From Fastidiosibacter lacustris (GTDB lineage: Bacteria > Pseudomonadota > Gammaproteobacteria > Francisellales > Francisellaceae): a DNA stretch of 24,088 nucleotides. The DNA lies in the NCBI RefSeq assembly GCF_003428155.1, contig NZ_QLIR01000025.1:1-24088 (forward strand), given 5' to 3'. Position 1 is the first letter of the stretch. Each line of letters opens with the position of its first letter. The notes below the pieces were generated by a model. It did no database searches. It was given only the letters and a program-made list of their open reading frames with translations, and had not been told where the DNA came from. This document shows, piece after piece, positions 17,086 through 24,088 of this stretch. Made by a program: the position numbers and the translations under genes.

Positions 17086-17969
17086 CGGTTTTTTCATTTG
17101 CCAGAAAGATAGGGGATGCGTTGTACCGTGAGTGGGGAGAGATAAACTTTGATGTTATATCATTTCCTAGTCTTGCATATAATTCCATAACATCGTCAAA
17201 GCCAGAAACAGAAATTAATGTGTTTGATATTCCATTTTCATTATTAAGAGTGAATCAAATACCAAAGCAAAGAGTTAATAACGGATCGTTATTTGGTCAG
17301 CCACCACTCACCCTGTACGTGGCAGAAGACAAACGATTCTTTATTGAAATTTATTTATGGTCATCTGTTGATATGACTATCCATGATCATCCATTTTCAG
17401 GTGCTTTTACGGTACTAGAGGGAGTTTGCCAGCATGATTCATATCTTTTTGAGAGATCAGGTGGTTCCAATCAGCTACAGATGGGGAGCCTGATTTTTAA
17501 AGAAACCGAGCTAATGTCAAAAGGCGACTGCAGAATGATTTTTAATGGTGACCGTCTTATCCACAGAAATCTTCATTTGTCGAAACCAACAGTTACTTTT
17601 ATTATCAGAACCTATCGTGATCTAGGTCTCACTGGTAGAATCTATGAAGAGTCAGGACTTGCTATTGCGCCAGACCTGACAATTGCAGAGCAGAAATTTT
17701 TGGATTATCTTGATGGAGTGTTACGACTGAACAACTACGATACAGCTTTACGGATGATACAGTCTCTTATAAGCTCTGGTTTTAGTGATTTTGCTAAATA
17801 TCATTCTGCAAAGGTCTATCTAGAACAGACCCGACGTTATAACGAAGTAGAATCTATTTCTGACATGCTTGCGTCATCCATACCTGATGTTACTTCTGAT
17901 TTTTTCAGAAAGACTTTCCTGCTTCAGATAGAGCCCATTCTGAGTGGTGAGTCCTATACAACGTACTGA
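17082..17969 (+). CDS. Cupin-fold metalloenzyme, thiol dioxygenase-like (cysteine dioxygenase / PCO-ADO type His motif)
   Basis: 295-aa ORF with an ATGA overlap to the upstream gene. TIHDHPFSGAFTVLEG resembles the HxHP..m..f.vLyG motif of cysteamine/plant-cysteine oxidases. A further His cluster LIHRNLH lies ~57 residues downstream as a candidate third metal ligand. Confidence 0.4.
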   Translation: MTVFSFARKIGDALYREWGEINFDVISFPSLAYNSITSSKPETEINVFDIPFSLLRVNQIPKQRVNNGSLFGQPPLTLYVAEDKRFFIEIYLWSSVDMTIHDHPFSGAFTVLEGVCQHDSYLFERSGGSNQLQMGSLIFKETELMSKGDCRMIFNGDRLIHRNLHLSKPTVTFIIRTYRDLGLTGRIYEESGLAIAPDLTIAEQKFLDYLDGVLRLNNYDTALRMIQSLISSGFSDFAKYHSAKVYLEQTRRYNEVESISDMLASSIPDVTSDFFRKTFLLQIEPILSGESYTTY

Positions 17970-17980
17970 CAGGAGGCTTA

Positions 17981-18943
17981 ATGATAACAAAATCTACATT
18001 GCTCGAACTGTACAAAACTGCTTTTATTATTCGTACCGTAGATCAAAAAATTGATGAAGGACTCAGAAATAATCATTTTTTTGCACTGCATTACCCTGTT
18101 AAAGGGCAAGAGCTCATTTCTGCATCTTTAGGTGTCAATAAATATCCTGGGGACAAAATTGTTTCTACTTATCGATGTCTTGGTGACCTCATCGGATTTG
18201 GTGGTTCATATTATTCTTATTTCGCTGAAATTATGGGGAAAAAGGATGGAATATCCGGTGGCAAAGGTGGATGCATGCATCTGTGTTCGACTGAAAACGG
18301 GTTGCTAGCTACAACAGGAATAGTGGGAGGTGGACTGCCAATAGCATGTGGTGTCGCACTATCAGTGCAGACAGATGGCAACGACAATATTGTCTTTGTT
18401 ACCTTTGGAGATGGTGCCACAACAACCGGTGCGTATCATGAAGCAATGAACCTTGCGGGATTATGGAAGCTGCCCATACTGTTTATCTGTATCAATAATG
18501 AATATGCACTGCATACTAGGCTTAGCCGTATAACTACAAATACCGAGCTTTATACAAAAGTAGATGTGTATGGTATCCGCGCCTTCAGAGCAGTAGTAAG
18601 CGAGCCTGAGAAGTTGCATATTACTGTGACTAAGTGTGTGGAATTTGTTCGAGACACTGGTGAACCTATATTTCTTGAAATATCCTGCCCTCGTCTTCAC
18701 GGACATATGACAGGCAGCAACACTGAATACATGAACTTGCCTGCTGACGATGAAATGTTTCAGGTAGATCCACTTATGCTGTTTAGAAAGCAAGTCGTCA
18801 GGGAATATGACAGCAACAACCAACTGGAAAGTATTGAATATCAGATTATTAATGATGTCTCCGCTTCCTATAACAAAGCATTAAATGCTCCCCTTCCTGA
18901 TAATCAGGATCTATTGAAAGAGATTACAAAATATACAACATGA
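17981..18943 (+). CDS. Thiamine-diphosphate-dependent 2-oxoacid dehydrogenase E1 component, alpha subunit
   Basis: 320-aa ORF with AGGAGG SD. GQELISASLG and the TPP-binding motif FGDGATTTGAYHEAMNLAGLWKLPILFICINNEYA. Confidence 0.85.
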   Translation: MITKSTLLELYKTAFIIRTVDQKIDEGLRNNHFFALHYPVKGQELISASLGVNKYPGDKIVSTYRCLGDLIGFGGSYYSYFAEIMGKKDGISGGKGGCMHLCSTENGLLATTGIVGGGLPIACGVALSVQTDGNDNIVFVTFGDGATTTGAYHEAMNLAGLWKLPILFICINNEYALHTRLSRITTNTELYTKVDVYGIRAFRAVVSEPEKLHITVTKCVEFVRDTGEPIFLEISCPRLHGHMTGSNTEYMNLPADDEMFQVDPLMLFRKQVVREYDSNNQLESIEYQIINDVSASYNKALNAPLPDNQDLLKEITKYTT

Positions 18944-19968
18944 AAAGAGCACATGAACTATCGACTTCTCTGATGACTTTCGCTGAAGCTCTGAACAGCG
19001 CACTCGATTATGCACTACAAACTAATCCGGACGTTATTTTACTTGGAGAAGATATTGGCATACCATCAGGTGGAATTTACAGAGTGACGCAGGGACTGGA
19101 AGAGTGCTATGGTGCAAGAAGAGTGATAACAACTCCTATTTCTGAGCAGGGTATTATTGGTATGGGGATCGGTCTCGCTCTTTGCGGGAAGCGACCAGTG
19201 GTTGAAATCATGCTTATGGACTACCTGACAATTGCTTCAGATCAGCTTATTAATCATGCTGCCAAATTTAGGTACACAACAAATGGAGCCAGCCATGTTC
19301 CGCTTACGGTCAGAATGCATGTCGGAGGGGGAACAATGGGTGGAGCTCAGCATTCCCAGTCCCTTGAAGCCTGGCTGACGCATACTCCAGGTCTTAACGT
19401 TATTATGCCTTCCACTCCTGAAGATGCCAAGGGGTTATTATTATCCTGTATAAACAATGATGATCCATGCATCATGCTGGAATGCGTAGAGCTGCTCTGG
19501 TCTGGAGACAGGCATCCTGTTCCAACAGGTGCTCACCAAATACCTTTGGGGAAAGCACGAATTATGAAAGTAGGTGATGATATCAGCCTAATTGCTTACG
19601 GGAGATCGGTTGCCTGGTGTCTTCGTGCGGCTGAACTGGCTAGACAGCGCTTAGGGATTAGCTGTGAAATTATTGATTTGAGGAGTCTTGTGCCTCTTGA
19701 TTTAGACTTAATATTGAACTCTGTAAAAAAAACACGTAGAGCACTTATTGCTCATGCAGCTAGTAAGTTCTGTGGGTATGGGGCTGAAATTGCTTGCCAG
19801 ATCACGGAGTCCTTGCATGCTTGCCTTCATCATCATGTTGTTCGTGTGGGTAGTCTTACGAGTCCTGCCCCCTATTCTATGTTTTTGGAAAAGCAGCACA
19901 TGCCAGATGAAAGTCGTATTTTTGATAAAATAATGGATATCTTTGGTATTACAGGAAATGACAGATGA
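18940..19968 (+). CDS. 2-oxoacid dehydrogenase E1 component, beta subunit (transketolase-like pyrimidine-binding and C-terminal domains)
   Basis: 342-aa ORF with an ATGA overlap to the alpha subunit. LLGEDIG, PISEQGIIGMGIGLALCGKRPVVEIM, QHSQSLEAW, and a C-terminal IDLRSLVPLD motif. Confidence 0.85.
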   Translation: MKRAHELSTSLMTFAEALNSALDYALQTNPDVILLGEDIGIPSGGIYRVTQGLEECYGARRVITTPISEQGIIGMGIGLALCGKRPVVEIMLMDYLTIASDQLINHAAKFRYTTNGASHVPLTVRMHVGGGTMGGAQHSQSLEAWLTHTPGLNVIMPSTPEDAKGLLLSCINNDDPCIMLECVELLWSGDRHPVPTGAHQIPLGKARIMKVGDDISLIAYGRSVAWCLRAAELARQRLGISCEIIDLRSLVPLDLDLILNSVKKTRRALIAHAASKFCGYGAEIACQITESLHACLHHHVVRVGSLTSPAPYSMFLEKQHMPDESRIFDKIMDIFGITGNDR

Positions 19969-20645
19969 TACAGGGCTCTTCATTGCTCAGACTACCAGGA
20001 ATGGGAGGACTACTTGTGGGTTATGCTTTATCTGTTATTGCAGACACATCGGTATATATCGTATTTGCGGTTTGGGCAAAGCAGTTAACTGGAAGTACAG
20101 CTGGAGCAGGACTTGTGTTTTTTTGCTTTATAATACCTTCATTAATCAGTCCCTTGACTGGAAACATTATTGACCACTTCAGGAAAGATAGCACTATTGT
20201 ATTAATTAATCTTTTCATGGCGGCATCAATACTGAGTCTCTATTTTTCTCATGAGCAGCATCAGTACATTTTGCTGCTTGTGTCGGCCTTTATATATGGA
20301 CTTGGTTATGTAATATTCAATTCAGCACGAGTCTGCCTTGTTGTGAACAGCTATGATGAACAGCATATCGGACAAATAAATGCCTTGCTGAGAACACTGA
20401 GAGAATCTGTGAGGCTGGTAGCTCCTTTATTCGGAGTGTATGTCTATACTGTTTTTGGAAATCATGTTTTCGTTTGGTTTGTGAGTTTATCTCTAATTTT
20501 GTCTGCCTTTCTTTTTCTAAATTTTGAAAAAAAGAGCAATGACTATAGCACAGGTAAAGTTTCACTATTTTCGCTACGTGGACTCTGGAATGGAGCTCAG
20601 GGTATATGGTATGACACTATGACACACTTATTCGCTCCTGTGTGA
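19965..20645 (+). CDS. MFS transporter (EntS/MFS_3-like exporter), N-terminal fragment of a frame-disrupted gene
   Basis: ATGA overlap with the E1 beta stop. Consecutive hydrophobic helices and the LTGSTAGAGLVFF..PSLISPLTGNIIDHFRK motif typical of EntS-like exporters. Stops at TGA 20643-20645 and continues in the -1 frame. Confidence 0.7.
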   Translation: MIQGSSLLRLPGMGGLLVGYALSVIADTSVYIVFAVWAKQLTGSTAGAGLVFFCFIIPSLISPLTGNIIDHFRKDSTIVLINLFMAASILSLYFSHEQHQYILLLVSAFIYGLGYVIFNSARVCLVVNSYDEQHIGQINALLRTLRESVRLVAPLFGVYVYTVFGNHVFVWFVSLSLILSAFLFLNFEKKSNDYSTGKVSLFSLRGLWNGAQGIWYDTMTHLFAPV

Positions 20646-21163
20646 TTTGTCTTTCAATTACGCTTCTGGTTGCTGGATTTTATGAAATTATCCTTTTTAA
20701 CATCATTGATTACCTGCATCAACCGCTATCTCTCATCGGAAAGTTTATTTCTGCACAAGGAGTCGGGGCAGTGATGGGAGGGTTACTCTCCATAAGACTG
20801 ATAAAGCAGGTCTCACCCGGAATACTAGTCTCAGTGGGTTTTTTTATTCAAGTAGTATTTGCCCAGAACATCCCCTTAATTTATATCAGCTGTGCAATTT
20901 TTGGTTTTGGCGCGCCAGTTTCCATGGTGGGACTGGACACTATGATCCAAACGAAACTTCCTTCTGCCATTCAGGGGAGAGTCAATACTTCACTGGAAGC
21001 CATTACCAGCATTCCGTTTTCCCTATCATTTCTAGTTTCAACTCTTATGACCATTGTGGTTTCCTATAAAATTATGCTGTTTTGTATGGTTGTAGTGACT
21101 ACTTCTGCTGCCTGTTTCCTTTTACTGATGATCAGAAAGGTGAGAAATTACAATGACTCTTAA
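20642..21163 (+). CDS. MFS transporter, C-terminal fragment
   Basis: 173 aa made almost entirely of TM helices. The frame is open only from 20615. The two fragments together give ~399 aa, the size of a 12-TM MFS protein. Confidence 0.7.
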   Translation: MICLSITLLVAGFYEIILFNIIDYLHQPLSLIGKFISAQGVGAVMGGLLSIRLIKQVSPGILVSVGFFIQVVFAQNIPLIYISCAIFGFGAPVSMVGLDTMIQTKLPSAIQGRVNTSLEAITSIPFSLSFLVSTLMTIVVSYKIMLFCMVVVTTSAACFLLLMIRKVRNYNDS

Positions 21164-21224
21164 TAATTTTTACGATTTTTACTTTGCTTGAACTGTTAAA
21201 AGTCATATCTGGAGATGAAGAATA

Positions 21225-22094
21225 ATGAAACAAGAAAAGAAGTGGTATTGTCGCAAAGTCAGGCCAACTGCAATGCCACAGCATATTCTTAATGATGGAA
21301 TAAAAATCCCTTTAATTGGTCTTGGTACATATCAACAACCACGCTCATCGCTGATGAATGTATTATTTTCGGCCGTTGAAGACGGTTATCGGTTATTTGA
21401 TACGGCATCAATTTATGATAATCAGAAAATTATTGGTCATTTCATTAAGAGTGTCCCAGTTAATCGACATGAACTATTCATTACAAGTAAAGTCTGGAAT
21501 AGTGATCACGAAAATGTTATCTCCTCAATTAAAAAATCGCTGGATGAGCTTCAGACGGATTACCTTGATCTTTGCCTGATACACTGGCCTGCAACGAAAG
21601 ACGGTAACTTTATCAGAGCGTGGGAATCATTAATTAGGTTACGAGAAAAAAGCCTGATCAGAAGCATAGGGGTCAGTAATTTTACTGCCCAGCAGGTAAG
21701 TTTCCTCTTCGAGGTTACAGGTATCCTGCCAGCAGTAAATCAGATCGAAATACATCTCAGGAATCAGCAGCAAAATATTATTCTGGAAATGTCAGAACTA
21801 GGGATTTTTGTCCAGTCATGGAGTCCTTTATGGACAGGTGATTTGACAGAAACTGAATATTCACGGCTTGCCGGAATGGCGCTGAAGCACAATAAAACAA
21901 TAACCCAGATAATCCTTAGGTGGCATATAGAAAATGGATTTGGTGTAATACCAAAAACTTCACAAGTGGGCAGGTTACTGGAAAACATAAGCATTTTTGA
22001 TATAGAGCTAGACTTAGACTCCGATGATTTGATTTTTTTATCTTTACTCAATATGGATAAGAAGATTATGGAATATCCTGATGACTATGTCTGA
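21225..22094 (+). CDS. Aldo-keto reductase (2,5-diketo-D-gluconate reductase-like AKR)
   Basis: GIKIPLIGLGTYQ, DTASIYDNQ (catalytic Asp/Tyr), TSKVWN (Lys), LCLIHWP (His). GGAGA SD upstream of ATG 21225. An internal start at 21273 (MPQHILNDG) is also possible. Confidence 0.85.
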   Translation: MKQEKKWYCRKVRPTAMPQHILNDGIKIPLIGLGTYQQPRSSLMNVLFSAVEDGYRLFDTASIYDNQKIIGHFIKSVPVNRHELFITSKVWNSDHENVISSIKKSLDELQTDYLDLCLIHWPATKDGNFIRAWESLIRLREKSLIRSIGVSNFTAQQVSFLFEVTGILPAVNQIEIHLRNQQQNIILEMSELGIFVQSWSPLWTGDLTETEYSRLAGMALKHNKTITQIILRWHIENGFGVIPKTSQVGRLLENISIFDIELDLDSDDLIFLSLLNMDKKIMEYPDDYV

Positions 22095-22306
22095 TTATGG
22101 CAAAAACTAGATCGCCCGCAAGAAATGGAGGGCTCTGCAAGAAACCCCGTTACATACCAAGGATAGAAGTTAACATTTACCTTTAAACTTGGAAATTTGC
22201 CAAACTTTGCCTCTCAACGAGCAATTAGGAGTCATAGTCATGTTACTATGTTTTTTAGAAACCATTTACATTAAGAGCAAAATAATAAAAAATTATAGGT
22301 GTACTT

Positions 22307-23119
22307 GTGAAGAGTTATAATGATTATGATGCTATAGGTTATGAGAATTCATTAGAAATTGATCACAATAAATCCATGCTAATTGAAGACAGGCAGTTCA
22401 TTAGTTTAGACTGGTCAAAGGTATCCTGCCAAAAGAATATTACCTTTAAAAGGTGTCGTATTCTCAACTCCAACTTCAAGCACGCAAGGTTACATGAACT
22501 GAAGGTTATTGAGTGTGAGATATATAACTGTGATTTTTCACACGCAACTCTAGATGATGCAATTTTTGAAAGAAGTATATTCTATGACAAAGATAATGCA
22601 GTTGGATGTTCGTTCTATAGAGCTGATCTATTAAGATCTCAATTTAATTACTGTAATATCTCAGTAAGTGATTTTGAGCGTGCGGATGCTTTTCAAATTA
22701 CCATAAATAACTGCAAGGCTCAGGGTTGCAATTTTAAATTTACAAATTTCACCAATGTAGTTAGTCGAACGAAAATCTTTAGTTGCGCAGAATTAACAAA
22801 TAGTGATTTTAGGTATTCAGACTTGACTGGTGTATATCTAGCAAAATGTGATCTATCAGGAAGTAAATTAGTTTCGGTGATACTTTCAAGAGTAAATTTA
22901 GAGGAAGCAGATTTAACGAGCACGGACTTTTCACCCAGTCAATATGATGGGATAAAACTACATAAAGCAGATCTAAGGAATTCCAATATTGCTAATATAG
23001 ATATTAAATATATAGATTTTTCTGGGGTGAAAATATTTGAGTGGCAACAAAGCATATTTATGGAAAGTCTAGGTATACTGGTTTTCCCTGAAGGAAAGGA
23101 TGGTTTGAATGGACACTAA
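22307..23119 (+). CDS. Pentapeptide-repeat protein
   Basis: 270-aa ORF (GTG start, AGGTG upstream). A long run of A(D/N)LxX-type five-residue repeats, e.g. CDFSHATLDDAIFERS, YRADLLRSQFNYCNISVSDFERADAF, SDFRYSDLTGVYLAKCDLSGSKLVSVILSRVNLEEADLTSTDFS, KADLRNSNIANIDI. Confidence 0.85.
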   Translation: MKSYNDYDAIGYENSLEIDHNKSMLIEDRQFISLDWSKVSCQKNITFKRCRILNSNFKHARLHELKVIECEIYNCDFSHATLDDAIFERSIFYDKDNAVGCSFYRADLLRSQFNYCNISVSDFERADAFQITINNCKAQGCNFKFTNFTNVVSRTKIFSCAELTNSDFRYSDLTGVYLAKCDLSGSKLVSVILSRVNLEEADLTSTDFSPSQYDGIKLHKADLRNSNIANIDIKYIDFSGVKIFEWQQSIFMESLGILVFPEGKDGLNGH

Positions 23120-23319
23120 AATTTTATTTTTTTACTAGGGCTCGTGTTAAAGTACGTGCGCTGAGCCGCCATTTGCTAGATCTTCAGAAGTGCCGAAAAA
23201 TAATATATTAGCACTTTTTGTGTTTTTTTACTGCTCAAGTATTTCAAAATGAATCTTGCCTTGTATAATGCCCCTCATATCACTACCGACACCGGCTCTT
23301 CTTCTAGGAACTTTAAACT

Positions 23320-23962
23320 ATGGATGAATCTCCGATCTTATCTGTTGAAGAAATTGCCTTTTGTCTGACAAAGAAAAGTCCGTTAAACCAAATTGCATGT
23401 GCAATTATGCTGGGGTGTTTTAAAATACACATTAGGTTCCCCTTGTCTGATGAAGCTCCATTACTTCTCAAGTTGTCTTCAAAAGTTTCGGCTGAATTAG
23501 AGCTAGAACAACAGAATATTTTTGAGTTTGATTGGAGTAGTCGTACCGCAGAAAGGTATCGCAACAATATTAGACAGCTGCTAGGCTATAGAGAAGCTAC
23601 AAATGAGGATGCCTCACCATACATTAATTATTTGCAAAATGAGTATTACCAAAATTCCCTTCCAAAGAGATTATATTGGCGCAGTCACGTTTATATTTTG
23701 AACGGCATAAAATTGAGCAATTCTCCGTAAAACAAATAAACCGTTATATAATTTCAGCACAGCAACAATTTGAGCAATCCTTCTTTCAAAGTATTTTTGA
23801 TAACTTAACGCCAGACGATTGTTTTTTGATTGATCAAATTCTTACAACCAGTACTGAGAAAATTAAAATTGAGAAGGTAAAGGGCGACGATATTAATTTA
23901 GCCATAAAAAAGATTGAACAACTCAGTAAAATGAAGCTTCCCAAACATGTATATATTAATAT
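23320..23962 (+). pseudogene. tnpA: Tn3-family transposase remnant: N-terminal (DUF4158-type) ~215 codons only, frameshifted and 3'-truncated
   Basis: Two overlapping frames (23320-23730 and 23676 onward). They carry Tn3-type N-terminal patterns (LSVEEIAFC..., DWSSRTAERYRNNIRQLLGYREAT, then INRYIISAQQQFEQSFFQSI..LTPDD). Full Tn3-family transposases are ~1000 aa. The reading frame runs into the flanking repeat at ~23963. Confidence 0.65.
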
Positions 23963-24009
23963 GTATAAGTTTAGACTTGACCTGACAGTTGCCTATTTTT
24001 CAAACGCGA
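23963..24009. repeat. Right copy of the island-flanking imperfect direct repeat
   Basis: GTATAAGTTTAGACTTGACCTGACAGTTGCCTATTTTTCAAACGCGA; see the left copy at 14648-14693. Confidence 0.8.
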
Positions 24010-24016
24010 TTTTTGT

Positions 24017-24088
24017 CAGATATGGTTGAGCAATTCAACCTTCTCTTGCCAGTGCGTTTTCCCATCAGTAAAAGTTGCTATTGGTGTT
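24017..24088 (-). CDS. 3' end of an unidentified CDS continuing beyond the window
   Basis: The reverse-strand frame is open from the window edge to TGA (24019-24017): ...TPIATFTDGKTHWQEKVELLNHI. Too short to name. It would be convergent with the OMP gene if the island is removed. Confidence 0.3.

Noticed and set aside
18217-23567. Antisense or alternate-frame ORFs nested in island genes (18217-18420, 18461-18823, 19708-19983, 19748-19933, 19943-20173, 20021-20218, 20317-20565, 21358-21579, 21764-22051, 22720-22923, 23313-23567). Comparable ones occur in core genes (2178-2390, 3017-3262, 4877-5116, 5276-5668, 5713-5958, 6388-6588, 7059-7283, 8536-8748, 9844-10041, 12127-12357, 12784-13005, 14317-14544).
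   Set aside because: Each lies wholly within a longer ORF that carries clear family motifs. None has a recognisable motif or SD.
1-24088. Visual scan for CRISPR arrays, tRNA/tmRNA genes, integrase genes and toxin-antitoxin pairs.
   Set aside because: I saw no regularly spaced repeats and no tRNA T-arm-like GGTTCGA motif outside coding sequence. I saw no tyrosine/serine recombinase motifs and no paired small ORFs. Absence by eye is not proof; tRNAscan-SE, Infernal and CRISPR finders would settle it.

Overview
This window looks like a low-GC gammaproteobacterial chromosome segment (Legionellales-like gene content, but the taxon cannot be proven from sequence alone). It splits into two parts.

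(1) Positions 1-14640 are conserved core. They hold a complete 5S rRNA at the end of an rrn operon and hemA-prfA-prmC on the + strand. A secreted NucA-type nuclease lies on the - strand. It is followed by a nine-gene, translationally coupled minus-strand array: serC, cmk (fused to an AGE-type sugar epimerase/isomerase domain), a YqiA-like esterase, a KS-DH-KR-KS acyl-chain cassette, dapF and an AstE/AspA-family protein. An outer-membrane beta-barrel gene (+) closes this part.

(2) Positions ~14650-24010 form a ~9.3 kb insertion. It is bracketed by an imperfect ~46-60 bp direct repeat and ends in a frameshifted, truncated Tn3-family transposase.

The insertion carries a tightly coupled + strand operon that I read as a previously undescribed peptide-modification (RiPP-like or peptide-derived cofactor) system. 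Its parts, in order:
- an un-called 59-aa ORF with a strong Shine-Dalgarno (SD) sequence
- a radical SAM/SPASM enzyme, split by a 1-nt frame disruption
- a ~100-aa PqqD/RRE-like protein
- a thiol-dioxygenase-like cupin
- a stand-alone TPP-dependent E1 alpha/beta pair with no E2/E3
- an EntS-like MFS exporter, also split
- an aldo-keto reductase
- a pentapeptide-repeat protein, possibly McbG/Qnr-style self-protection

All three frame disruptions in the window lie inside the island. No CRISPR array or tRNA was seen. All functional calls rest on motifs read by eye from the translations; no searches were run.
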